From Entomortierella parvispora E1425 (Eukaryota > Fungi > Mortierellomycota), in assembly GCA_020891255.1 (NCBI GenBank), contig BQFW01000002.1:372001-436000 (forward strand): DNA of 64,000 nt, in the 5' to 3' direction. The translations under genes and the position numbers were made by a program. Below, in pieces: positions 39,101 to 51,526 of the stretch. The notes beneath the pieces were generated by a model, which had not been told where the DNA came from, searched no databases, and worked only from the letters and a program-made list of their open reading frames with translations. Positions within the stretch are counted from its first letter, which is position 1. Each line of letters begins with the position of its first letter.

Positions 39101-39414
39101 CCCCCACCACCAACGCCAACAGCTCCAAGGGTAACGCCGGATCCAGCAACTACTCTGGATCGGAGAAGACCAACGTCGCTGGATCGCAGAACTCGACCGC
39201 CAGCCAGATGGCTGGAGGAGCTGGTCTCCAGGGACAGCAGCCCGGCAACGCCAACCAGGGTCAGCAGTACTACCAGCAGCAGCAGATGTTCTCCAACTAC
39301 CAGCAGTACCCCAGCCCCCACCAGGGCTACCACCCCAACCAGCACCAGGGTCAGCACCAGGGTCAGCACCAGGGCTCTGGACGCAACCAGCAGCAGTTCT
39401 GGTCTCAGAACTAA
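36109..39414 (+). CDS. DEF1: Def1-like protein (N-terminal CUE domain, RGG, Pro/Ala/Glu-rich, Gln/Tyr/Gly-rich prion-like C-terminus), about 812 aa, 4 exons
   Basis: Exons 36109-36313, 36923-37048, 37202-37613 and 37719-39414 total 2439 nt. CUE motif LKELFADWSEEDLLYAIQDAGGDLELTILRISDGHATQWGEVK, then RGG boxes, MSWAKIV and VKFGSF. Confidence 0.75.
37058..37088 (+). repeat. (ACTGGACG) x about 4 repeat in intron 2 of the DEF1-like gene
   Basis: actggacg actggacg actggacg actggac read directly from the sequence. Confidence 0.9.
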
Positions 39415-40612
39415 GCTGGAGGGAATCAGGGGAGCTGGCCAAAAGGCGGACGTGCTGAGGAGAGTGTGATCCCGTGGATTTCGTTTGGTTTTCTTTTTTT
39501 TTTCTTCTCGACTGTCGTTTTTATTTTTCCCCCTTGTAACAACTTGAACTTCAAGAAAGAAAAACCAACAAGCGCTTTTTCGTTTTCCGTCCTTGTCTTT
39601 ATTTGCTTTGCTCTTTTATTTCAATAGTCGTTTCTTTCGACCTCCTAAAAAAACAACCTTTTCTTTCTCTTTTGTTTGCTTTCTTCTTTCTTCTTTTCTC
39701 TCTTTACCTTTGTTTGTTATATTTTTTTTTTGTATTCGATTCTCTAACCTTGTATTTGCAGCCCATTCTTTTTTTTAACCTTCGGTCCCTGTGCCTTGTT
39801 CATCTTTATTTCAATGCCCCCACACCCTTTTTTTTAATCTTCCTCGTTCTCCTTTCCCCAGGATAATAACTCTTGGTCCGAGTTTTGTACATTACCCTTT
39901 CTCGGAATCAGAATATTTTTTTTCTGCCAAAGGAAAAAAAGGAAGAAAGTGGAAGGAAGAAAGGACTTTTTTAAAAAAAAAAACATTCTCACATATTGTC
40001 AGATAATAAAAAGAACGACGCAGGGTGTTGATAACTAATCTTGTTGCCAAAGATGAATGATGGACGATGGCGATGGATTGAATACCACAAACTTGGAAGG
40101 ACCTCGGATGGAGGGTGCGCAAGAGACTGGGGTGCAGCTGATTTTTTGTTCCTGAATCGCGTCGCGTCGCTCCCGTGTTCCTCCATAGAGCTGATCGTTT
40201 GTTCACGCCTGGCTCCCTTAATGTCGCCAGCTTGCAACTTGAAACTGGTTCAACTGAGCTTGCATGCATCCATGCGGTGATCCACTCTTTTTTAGTCTTT
40301 TGGCCCTGTTTTCAGAGACTGGTCAGATATGAAGACTAGAAACTGAGCGGGTGCCTTGGCTCTCTTCATCATTTGACCCGCACATGTGCATCTCATTCTC
40401 GTGCAAAAACCGGTTAGGCGAGTTGAGCAACACTCCAATAGGAGCCCTCTCCCATGCACCTTGCCCCCTTGCCCCATCGAGCCATCAATTGATCGAATTG
40501 TCCGGGCATGGCGTTGTGGCACCAAGCATTTTCTTTCTTGGTTCTTCTGTGTCCAGTCAGCTAGGGCTCATCATCTCTTTCTCATCCTTCGACATCCCAT
40601 CCCACATTCGCC

Positions 40613-41614
40613 ATGAATCCCCATCGTGCTCGCAAGCCTGTCGACGAGTTTGACGACTCTCCTATCAAGTATCCATCGCAACTCCCCAAGAACAGCGATG
40701 GAAAGAATCCAAATGTGATGATTGTTGGAGCTGGCCTGGCTGGTCTACTGCTTGCCATCCTTTTGGACAAGGCTGGGATCCCATATGAGATCTATGAGCG
40801 AGCTGCGAGCGTCAAGCCGCTTGGTAGGATGGAAAGAAGACAAGGATTATTCTTTAAGAATTAGTCCCATTCTCTTGCAAGAATGCAATGCTGATTGAAC
40901 TCATTTATCTGCTGCTCTATCGTAGGGTCTATTATGGTCCTGAATGCCAATATCTTGGCGGCTATAGACCAAATCGGCCTCTTGGAGGAACTCGAGGCCA
41001 TTTCATTCCCCGGCAATAAGGCGAATATCATGTACGACAACCTGGCAATCGCTGCCTCGTTTGACAGCCTGAACAAGGATAATGAGTAAGAAGCTTGCTA
41101 CCATGGCGATCGTATTGTTTCTTTCTTTACTTTGCACGACAACTGATCCTAGAGTATAAAACGCACGGTAGGGTGGGATACGAGCACTTGCACTTCTCTC
41201 GCCCAAAGTTTCATGAATTGCTCCTGTCCAAGGTCCCAAAAGAAAAGATCCATTACAACAAGAAGGTCATGTCCATGATTCAGAACAAGGAAGGAGTCAT
41301 GATCCGTTGTGCTGACGGTACCACCTACCATGGCGATATCTTGGTGGGTGCCGATGGTGCTCACAGTGGCGTGAGACAGGGGTTGTACAGGACCCTACAA
41401 GAAAAGAACATACTCCCACAATCGGATGCAACAGAAATGAGCAAAGGATTCCTGGCAATGGTCGGTACCACGGACCCAATGGACCCTGAACAATATCCAT
41501 TTTTGAAGAACAACACCTCAACCTTCAATCAGGTCATTGGACGTGGCACAAGTTTCAACGTGAGTTATTCTCTTCAACTTCCTACTCTTCAACTTCAAGG
41601 ATTGTCTTTCTGAC

Positions 41615-41645
<31 letters not shown>

Positions 41646-42667
41646 GGTTTTACAGTGGTCCGAGTTCAACATGCCAGAGAATCGTGTGTGTTGGGTGATA
41701 GTCTCTCAAGTGGCATCGATTGCAGAGTTTGAACAGATCAAGTTCCGCAACTCAGAATGGGGACCTGAATCCAATCCCGAGTTCATTGACCAGGTCAAGG
41801 ATTTCAAAGTTCCTGGATGTGGTACACTTGGCAACTTGATCAACGCCACTCCTGAGGCCAACATCTCGAGGGTCTTTTTGGAAGAGAAGCTGTTTGAGAC
41901 CTGGTCGCATGGTCGGACAGTCCTCATTGGAGATGGTAAGGTGCTTTCGTATTGGGTGTTGACCAATGCCTCCGAAGTTCTAACTAACATTCATCTCCTG
42001 TTCTCCACTGATAGCTGCCCACAAGTTGCTCCCAAGTGCTGGGCAGGGTGCTGTGTGCGCACTGCAAGGTAAAAAATACATGGGTCACCTCTAATATCCA
42101 GTTCTCAATGTCAAACGTCCCATGTTTATTCACATTTATTACCTTATTAGATGCTGTTGTCTTGGCAAATTGTCTGTACGATCTGGAATCCCTTGATAGA
42201 GATGCAATCCACGCAGCATTCTTGGACTATAAAGAGCAGCGCTTCAACCATGTCGCTGAGATGTACGGGAAGAGCAAGATGAACGCCATCGTCCTCTACG
42301 GCCAGGTATGGTGATCTCATGAAAGATAAATGGATAAATGAAGTTATAGATTAATAATACTGACCGATGATCGGTTTTTTTTCCCGCTGTTTAGACCTTG
42401 AAAGAGCGGATCATTCGCCATATCATCTTGAACTGGATCCCTGAGTCTGTCAAGATCAAAGAACTTCATAAGGGCGCCGCTTACAGACCCATGGTGACCT
42501 TCCTGCCGCCCATCCCCAAAAAGGGCAAGATAGAGCTTTTGCCTCAGAAGCCATCCGTACGGTATGAGAGAGAACAAAAGAAAAAAGCCGAGGAGGAGGC
42601 TCTCAAAAGTCAGGCCGTGGCGGAAGACGTGCCCTATCCAATTGTATCCCCTGCAGAGGCTGTTTAG
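40613..42667 (+). CDS. Group A FAD-dependent monooxygenase, copy A (about 506 aa, 7 exons)
   Basis: Exons 40613-40823, 40926-41085, 41172-41559, 41656-41935, 42015-42068, 42151-42305 and 42395-42667 total 1521 nt with no internal stop. All three FAD fingerprints present: GAGLAG, DILVGADGAHSGVR and VLIGDAAHK..P..GQG...DAVVLA. Confidence 0.92.
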
Positions 42668-43441
42668 ATTGTTCATTGCTTACTTGCGTTTCCATAATTG
42701 AAGGTGAAAAAATACATACCCAGTTGAAAATTTTTTTTGAGCCTTGAGAGGCTCTTGTCCACTTTGCGCACTTTGCTCTTGGGCATGCTTCAATCTGCAC
42801 AATCTGCTCTTTTGTGCAACCAGATACAGAACTTTTCCGCGCGGAGCCGCTGCGGCAGATTTGGTGAACTCCCTCTTGTTGGTTGGACAACAGTTTTCAT
42901 TGACCTTCCTACTGTTGGAGGCACAGGAGGTCAGGGCAGATAAAATCTCTGATGAAGGCGTCTATTCAACAACACATTGTACCTAGCGGATAAGCGGCCT
43001 TTGCTGAAGCTTCTCATGACGGGGCAGCCTATAGAACGAAGACTGGCGTAAAAGCCCACAAGAAATCGACTTCGAATGTGCTCATTTTATTCTTATTGCT
43101 GATAAGAGTGAATTCTCAAAGGTCAGCGCGTCCGCGTCGCGTCTTGCTTGATAGACATGTTGAGATGATCCAGGCGTGTGCAAATGTCAGTGCAGAGAGG
43201 TGCACCGTTGCACCATGAGTACAACCGACCAACTCTTCTGTGCAGCAGGGTGTCACCAAGGATGCAAAATACCTGTATCGTCGGTGTTTGAAGTTGACCA
43301 TGCACGAAGAGCATGCCGCACAATGCGACCGCTAGACCGTTCTTTTTTGGCTCTCAAGAAAAAAAGAAAAAAAAAAAAAAAGGCATCTCATTCGGCCATC
43401 ATCTCTTTTTTTACAGACATTCACCATCTCGTTAATTCATC

Positions 43442-45549
43442 ATGGACCCCCATCATTCCCAGAACCCTGTCAACGGGTCGGATGACTCTACTATCAAGAA
43501 CCCATTCCAGCATCCCAAGAACGGCGATAGCAAGACCCCCCGGGTGATGATCGTGGGTGCCGGCCTTGCTGGTTTGCTGTTTGCCATCATTCTCGACAAG
43601 GCTGGGATCTCTTACGAGATCTATGAGAGAGCCTCAAGCGTTAAGCCACTTGGTATGAGAGAGAGAGAAGAGCGAAACGCCACGATGGATCTTTGGTGTT
43701 TCCTTCTTGCAATGGGAATCATGAGGCCTAAACAAGTTCACTTTCTTGGGTCCGATGCTAGGGTCTATCATGTCTTTGAATCCCAGTATCCTTGCGGCCA
43801 TCGAACAGATCGGCCTCTTGGATGAGCTCAAGGCCATCTCGTTCCCCGCTGGCGAAGCCAACATCATGTATGACAACATGGATATCATTGCCACGTTCAA
43901 CAGTAACACCATGCATGCAGAGTAAGTTTACCTTTTATTTTTTTATTGGCAAGCAGCAATATTCGAGGTTTTGTCTGACAAAAGACCATAAACTAATGCT
44001 CTATCGCGGTGAACACATAGTGAAGGATATGAACCTCAGAATTTCTCTCGTCCAAAGTTCTATCAACTCCTTCTGTCCAAGGTTCCAAAGGAAAAGATTC
44101 ACTACAACAAAAAGGTCACATCCATGATTGAGACCAACGAGGGAGTATCGATCACCTGCGCCGACGGTACCACCTACCATGGCGATATTTTGGTGGGCGC
44201 TGATGGCGCTCACAGTGGTGTTAGACAGGGGCTGTACAAGACCTTGCAGGAGAAGAACCTGCTTCCCACCTCGGATGCTGAAGAGCTAAGCAAAGGATTC
44301 TTCGCAATGGTTGGCACCACTGATCCAATGGACCCTGAGCAATACCCATTTTTGAAAAACCCTGCCTCAGCCTTCAGTCAGATCATTGGACGTGGCACGA
44401 GCTTCAATGTGAGTTCTTGATTTGTGCACTTTGCGCCATACACTTGAAGAACAAGAAGCACCCACTCTTTTTTTTTTTTTTTTTTTTTTTTTTTGCGCGT
44501 TGATCTATCAAGTGGGCCGAGTTCAACACGCCAGAAAACCGTGTTTGCTGGATTGTCATCTCCCAGATTGCGTCTGTTCCAGAGTCAGAAAAGATCAAGT
44601 ACCGCAACTCGGAGTGGGGTCCAGAATCCAACCCCGAGTTCATTGACCAGGTCAAAGACTTCAAAGTCCCGGGAGCTGGTACACTGGGTAACCTGATCAA
44701 CGCCACCCCTGCAGCCAACATCTCCAGGGTCTTTTTGGAAGAGAAGCTCTTCGAGACTTGGTCGCATGGAAGAACAATCCTCATTGGTGATGGTAAAGTA
44801 CATTTTTTTTCTCAAGGATTCTAATGGCTAATACAAGTATACCAACCATTGAGCTAACGTTCACTTCCACTGACAGCTGCTCACAAGCTACTCCCGAGTG
44901 CTGGACAGGGTGCTGTGTGCGCTCTACAAGGTAAAAATACATGGGCCACCTCCAATATCCAATTCTCAATGTCAAACATCCCATGTTTATTTACGGTGGT
45001 TGCCTTTAGATGCTGTCGTCCTGGCGAACAGCCTGTATGACCTGGAATCCCTTGACAGAGATGCGATTCACGCAGCCGGTCTGGATTATAAAGCACAGCG
45101 CTACAACTACGTTTTGGAGATGTACGGGAAGAGCAGAATGAATGCTACCATTCTCTATGGCCAGGTAAGAAGAAATTAAGTGAAAAGTAGTTCATTTGGT
45201 GAACTTTTTCTTTGGTTTGGTCTAGAAATGTAATCTCCAACGCTGATCAGAAACTCACAACTCATTTTTTTTTCTTTAGACTTTGAAGGAGAGGCTCATT
45301 CGACATGTTGTGCTGAACTGGATTCCCCAATCAATTAAGCTGAAGGAGATTCGTAGGGGTTCTGCCTATAGACCAATTGTCACCTTCCTTCCCCCTCCTC
45401 CCCAACGAGGCACAATTGTCCTTCTCCCTCAAAAGCAATCCGTGCGGTATGAGAAAGAGCAAAAGAAAAAGCAGGAAGAAGAGGCTCTCAAGGGCCAAAT
45501 TTCGGCAAAGGACGTGTCCTCCACTGCATCCCCTGCGGTGGTTCTTTAG
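43442..45549 (+). CDS. Group A FAD-dependent monooxygenase, copy B (7 exons)
   Basis: Same exon structure and motifs as copy A; exon 4 appears to use a weak AAG acceptor at 44512; reading frame intact. Confidence 0.9.
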
Positions 45550-46248
45550 ATTGCAGAATTGCTATATAAAATTTCAGAGCCTTGTGCCAGCATTGCTTAC
45601 GGATTGATATGAGAAATCTGCACTTTGTGCTACCAACATGTTCATTCATCAGCAGGTGAAAACACCACCTTTGGTTGCTTTGCTGGAACTCGTGCACCAA
45701 GTCATGTTCTCGTTCGTCTTTAGGAGAGCACACGAGTTGCAGAAATCTGGCCCAGTGCCAGCTAGCTATGTGCGAGCGACTTTTGCTGAAGAAAACAGTG
45801 GCACGCACCTGATAATGGGAGGACATGGGAGGATAGGTACAGGAGATCTCTTTCCAATGCAACCTCTTGTGTTCAAGGTCAACGCGATCGCTTCGCGTGT
45901 TTTCTTGTTCGAGTTGTTGTTGAGACGATCCAGTTGAAGAAAATCTCAGTTCCTCGGCGGTGGTTTAGTATATCGTACGGGCAACAAGACTGTTGGCTTG
46001 GAGAGCCAACTCTCCTATGCCGCAGGGTGCAGCACATCTGCAGCGTCGGTGTTTGAAGCTGATTCGATTCGATCGAGCATGTGGGCGTGGGGACAAAAAA
46101 AAATCATGTCTGCTCTGCCGTGCAGTTCGACCGTTGAACCATTCTCTTTTTGCTCTCAGGAGGGGAGAGGGACATCTCATCTCATTCGGTTCATCTCTTT
46201 TCTCTTCATCCTCTACATCCTCTTCATCCTCCGTCTCATCAGCTCGAC

Positions 46249-48283
46249 ATGAACCCGCATCGTGCTCGTAAACCTGTTGACGAGTTTGACGATTCTCCTA
46301 TCAAGTACCCGTCCCAGCTTCCCAGGACCAGCGATGGCAAGACTCCGCACGTGATGATTGTTGGTGCCGGCCTAGCTGGCCTCCTTCTTGCAATCCTTCT
46401 CGACAAGGCGGGGATTACGTATGAGATCTATGAACGAGCTTCGAGTGTCAAGCCACTAGGTATGAGAGAGGCGTTGAGAGGGAGAGAGGAACGGATTTCT
46501 TTCATCCGTCTCTTGCACTGAAGAGCCTATGGTTTAACGAGCTTCTTTTCTTGGGTCCAACGCTAGGTTCTATCATGTCTCTGAACGCCAATATCCAGGC
46601 GGCTATAGACCAGATTGGCCTTTTGGAAGAGCTCAAGGCTATCTCGTTCCCAGCGGGCGAGGCCAACATCATGTACGACAATATGGATATCATTGCCTCG
46701 TTCAACAGTTCTGCGATGCATGCAGAGTAAGTCTTAATTTTTTTTTGTCCTCAGCCCAGTAGCAAGATATGGGGATTCTGTTTGACAAAAGATTACAGAC
46801 TGATGTTTTGATCTGGTATGCAACACAGTGAAGGATATGAACCTTTGAACTTCTCTCGTCCAAAGTTCTATGAATTACTCCTGTCCAAGGTCTCAAACGA
46901 AAAGATTCACTACAGCAAAAAGGTCATGTCCATGATGCAAAACAAGGAAGGAGTCATGATCCGCTGCGCTGACGGAACCACCTACCATGGCGATATCTTG
47001 GTGGGTGCCGATGGTGCTCACAGTGGCGTGAGACAGGGGTTGTACAAGACCTTGCAAAAGCAAAACTTGCTGCCACCTTCGGACGCGACAGAACTGACCA
47101 AAGGATTCTTGGCAATGGTCGGTACTACGGATCCCCTGGATCCCGAACAATATCCATTTGTGAAGAAGCAGGCCTCGGCCTTCAGTCAAGTCATTGGTCG
47201 TGGCACGAGTTTCAACGTAAGAGAATCTCTTTCTCACTTTACTCGAAGCCCACACGCTTGAAATGCTTACTCTTGCTTTTTTTTGGATTCACTTAGTGGG
47301 CCGAGTTCAACATGCCAGAGAACCGTGTCTGCTGGGTGGTCATCTCCCAGATTGCGTCAGTTCCAGAGTTTGAAAAGATCAAGTTCCGCAACTCGGAGTG
47401 GGGACCTGAATCCAATCCCGAGTTCATTGACCAGGTCAAGGATTTCAAAGTCCCAGGAGGCGGTACACTTGGGAACTTGATCAAGGCTACACCCGAGGCC
47501 AACATTTCTAGGGTCCTACTTGAAGAAAAGTTATTTGAAACTTGGTCGCATGGAAGGACGGTCCTCATTGGAGATGGTAAGGTGCCTTTTTTTTTTTTTT
47601 ACCGATGCCCATCATCTTCAAGCAAACTAACGCTCCATTTTCATTGACTGTGTATAGCTGCCCACAAGCTACTCCCGAGTGCTGGACAGGGTGCTGTGTG
47701 CGCTCTACAAGGTAAAAACACATGGGCCACCTTCAACTTCCAATTCTCAATGGCAAACGTTCCGTGTTTATTCACACTGGTTGCCTTATTAGATGCCGTT
47801 ATCTTCGCAAACTGCCTGTACGATCTTGAATCGCTTGACAGGGATGCGATTCACGCAGCCGGTCTGGATTATAAAGAACAACGCTATCACCATGTGGCAG
47901 AGATGTACGGGAAGAGCAAGATGAATGCAACCATTCTCTATGGTCAGGTACGAAGGAGTTAAGAGAAAGAAAGGTCCTTTGGAAACGTTGTCTCCAGATA
48001 CCAACTTAAAAGTGGAACCCTCTCCTTTTTTTAGACCTTGAAAGAGAGGATCATCCGACACATGGTGCTGAACTGGATTCCTGAGTCTGTCAAGGTGAAG
48101 GGAATCCTCAAGGGCTCTGCCTACAGACCGATAGCCACCTTTTTGCCCCCTCCTCTCAAAAGAGGCACAATTGATCTTCTCCCTCAAAAACCGTGCGTGC
48201 GATACGAGAGAGAGCAAAAGACAAAGCAAGCAGAAGAGGCCCTCCAGAACCAGTCCGCACCAGATGACGCGTCTCTACTGTGA
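46249..48283 (+). CDS. Group A FAD-dependent monooxygenase, copy C (7 exons)
   Basis: ATG 46249 MNPHRARKPVDEFDD; same motifs and exon structure as copy A; slightly shorter C-terminus (..PDDASLL*). Confidence 0.9.
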
Positions 48284-48600
48284 GATCGCCCCCTGAAAAG
48301 GTTGTTTAGGTGGTCTTCTGAAGTGCCTTTCCCCCCTCAGATGGCCAAGTGGCTGAAGGTTGAAAAAAAAAAATAATAATAAATGTGGGAATTAGTGGCG
48401 CTACAATTCCTGATGCCGAACTTAGTACATCGTTGTGCACAACGAGCCACACACGATTTATTTTCACAAAGTAAGCGGTGCGTCTGAAACGTTTGGAGTT
48501 TCTAGATTCGTACAAACTGCAAGGGTAAACGTCTCTGCGCGGCCAGCGGACACTGCAGTTGTCCAACAGCGTTGTCCGATAGGAGGGCAAGAAAAGCCAC

Positions 48601-50667
48601 TTAAATGGTCACCACAGGTGATGCAGCGACAGAAGACATGCTCTCTGCCCCGGCATTGTTTTTGAGGGCTTCCTCCCTCTTCTTCTTTTGTTCCCTTTCA
48701 TACCGCGGAGATGGCTTTTGAGGTAGAAGATCAATTGTACCTCTTTTGGGGATAGGTGGCAGGAAGGTCACCATGGGTCTGTAGGCAGCGCTCTTGAACA
48801 GCTCTTTGAGCTTGATGGACTCGGGAACCCAGTTTAGGACCACATGTCGAATGACTCGCTCCATGAATGTCTAACCAAGCAGAATGAGAAGCCACACTTG
48901 TCAGTCAGCCAATTTCGACAGGCACAGTCGTTTTTTTTTATCTGTGAAGGATCTCCAATTAGCCTCTCTTCTTGGCATCTTCATACCTGACCGTAGAAAA
49001 CAGTCGCAGTGACCTTACTGGTCCCGATCATGTCCACAACATGGCGATAGCGTTGCTCTTTGAAATCAAGGAAGGTGGCGTGGATCGTGTCTCTGTCAAG
49101 AGATTTTAGATCGTACAGGCAATTCGCCAACACCACAGAATCTTGTAAGGCGCAAATTGCTCCTTGTCCGGAGCTTGGGAGAAGTTTGTGTGCAGCTAAG
49201 GCCAGAAAATTGGAAAAGAGCGATCAAAGACGTTAGTTCAATGTACTCATTTCGCGGTCCTCGAGACAACCATTCTTTTTCAGGGGAAAACAAAGCTATA
49301 CCATCGCCAATAAGGACAGTCCGCCCATGGGACCAGGTCTCATAGAGCTTCTCCTCAAGTAAGACCCTCGAGATACCGTCTTCAGGAGTAGCCTTGATCA
49401 AGTTACCAAGTGTACCAGCTCCTGGAACTTTGAAGTCCTTGACCTGGTTAATGAACTCTTGATTGGACTCTGGGCCCCATTCCGAGTTACGGAACTTGAT
49501 TTTTTCAAACTCTTCAATCGATGCAATCTGGGAGATAACTACCCAACATGAACGGTTCTCTGGAATGTTCAGTTCGCCCCACTGTGGAAAGATACACAAA
49601 AAATGAGAAATAGAGCAAAAAAAAAAAAAAAAAAAAAAAAAACGAGTGATGGCCTCCTCGCGTCCTTCAAAGTGTGGCGTGGGGACTGATTGAGGTCAAA
49701 AAACTCACATTAAAACTTGTGCCACGCCCAATGACCTGGCTGAGGTTTGAGACCTGGCTCTTCACAAATGGGTACTCTTCAGGATCCAATGGGTCTGTCG
49801 TGCCAACCATCGCAAAAAATCCGTTGCATTGTTCTTCTGCATCTGAGGCTGGAAGCAAATTTTGCTGCTTCAGGGTCTGATACAACCCCTGCCTCACTCC
49901 ACTATGTGCACCATCGGCACCCACCAAGATGTCGCCATGGTAGGTAGTGCCGTCAGCACAACGGATCATGACTCCTTCCCTGTTCTGAATCATGGACATG
50001 ACCTTCTTGTTGTAATGGATCTTTTCAGCGGGGACCTTGGACAGGAGCAATTGATGGAACTTTGGGCGAGAAAAGTTCAAGAAATCATAACCTATTCTAT
50101 ATGCACATGTCCGTACCGCAACTGGTTGTCAATGTCGATGCCATTCCGGTAAAACAAAAACGAAGGCCACACACACAATGACATGTTCAAAAGGAGACTC
50201 ACTTGCTGCTCGTGTTAGTGTTGTCGAACGTAGCAATGATCTTCATGTCTTCATACATGAGATTTGGGCTTCCGGCAGGGAACGAAATGGCCTCAAGTTC
50301 ATCCAGGAGACCCATCTGGTCTATGGCCCCAAGGATGTTGGCGGAGAGCGACATGATAGAACCTGACACCGAACGGAGGGAAACGAGCGGTTTTAGGTAC
50401 CTTGTTTAACAAATGAACAAGGATCGTTCAAAGTCTATTCTTTCTTCTTGTCTTACCAAGAGGCTTGACACCGGAGTCCCGCTCAAAGATCTCATACGGG
50501 ATCCCGGCCTTGTCGAGAAGGATGGCAAGAAACAAGCCAGCGAGGCCGGCACCCGCGATCATTACTCGTGGAGTCTTGTCATCGCCATTTTGAGGGAGCT
50601 GGGACGGGTACTTGATAGGAGAGTCGTCAAACTCATCGACAGGTTTGTTGGCTCGATGGGGGTTCAT
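48601..50667 (-). CDS. Group A FAD-dependent monooxygenase, copy D (6 exons; lacks intron 5)
   Basis: ATG 50667 MNPHRANKPVDEF; all motifs present; GQGAICALQ-DSVVLAN is contiguous across 49142/49141 with no intron. Confidence 0.9.
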
Positions 50668-51526
50668 GGCGAATGCACAATGGGAATGTTGGGGATGATG
50701 AGAAAAAAAAGATGATGATGGTGGCGATGAGATGTCGAGATGTCTGGACACGAAAACATAATTTCTGTCCTCCGAGGGCAAGAAAAAAATATGCATGGTC
50801 TCGGTCAATGTTGCACAGCATGGCTTCAAGCTCCTACTTTTAGCCTGAAAACCCGCATTCATCAGATGTCGGGAGTCCCAACCACGAGTATATTCAGTGT
50901 AGCAGACTATGACCAAGAGTAAGGCCAGCAAGTATATCGTACCCATGGTATATATCCGAATCTGGTACCTTCAGTGGCATGTTGTTACGAGAATGAAGAC
51001 GCGACGCGAACGCGCTGACTGACATCACGTGCGGAAGAATGTTGTGCATCCAGCCTGATGTTTGTGCAACCGAAACACTTTGGCCATGCCTCCTTCTCAT
51101 CACTTTCTATGTCCCAGAAGAAATAGTTCTTATTCATCTGAAATGGTATGCTCTCGCGATCAGCCTCCGGCAACTTCAACCTGTCGACTAACTGATTGTA
51201 TAAATCCATGCGTTTTGTGTATGGTTGCTGGCCAACGTCGACAGGCAATTGTGTTCAACCTCCCTCACATCTTTGATCTGCGAGCAGTCATCTGTGCATG
51301 AGTTCAGGAAGCTCAATACATCAATTCAATCGTATTTATGGCTCATAGATCGTAAAGATGTCCGTTCCTCACTGCGCTCGCAGCCTCCCTATCTATCTTT
51401 CTGAATTTCTGCATTGATTGCCCACCAATTGTACGTTTTTCTCTTATTCAACTCATGACAACTGGGAGGAATGATGAGGGACTTGAACAGATACTGTAGG
51501 GGATATAGTAGAAGAGGGCACTTCCT

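Noticed and set aside
37684-39369. 561-aa antisense ORF opposite the DEF1-like gene
   Set aside because: It is a shadow of strongly biased, repetitive sense codons (CAG/GCC/CCC); the translation is Val/Gly/Leu low-complexity with no motif.
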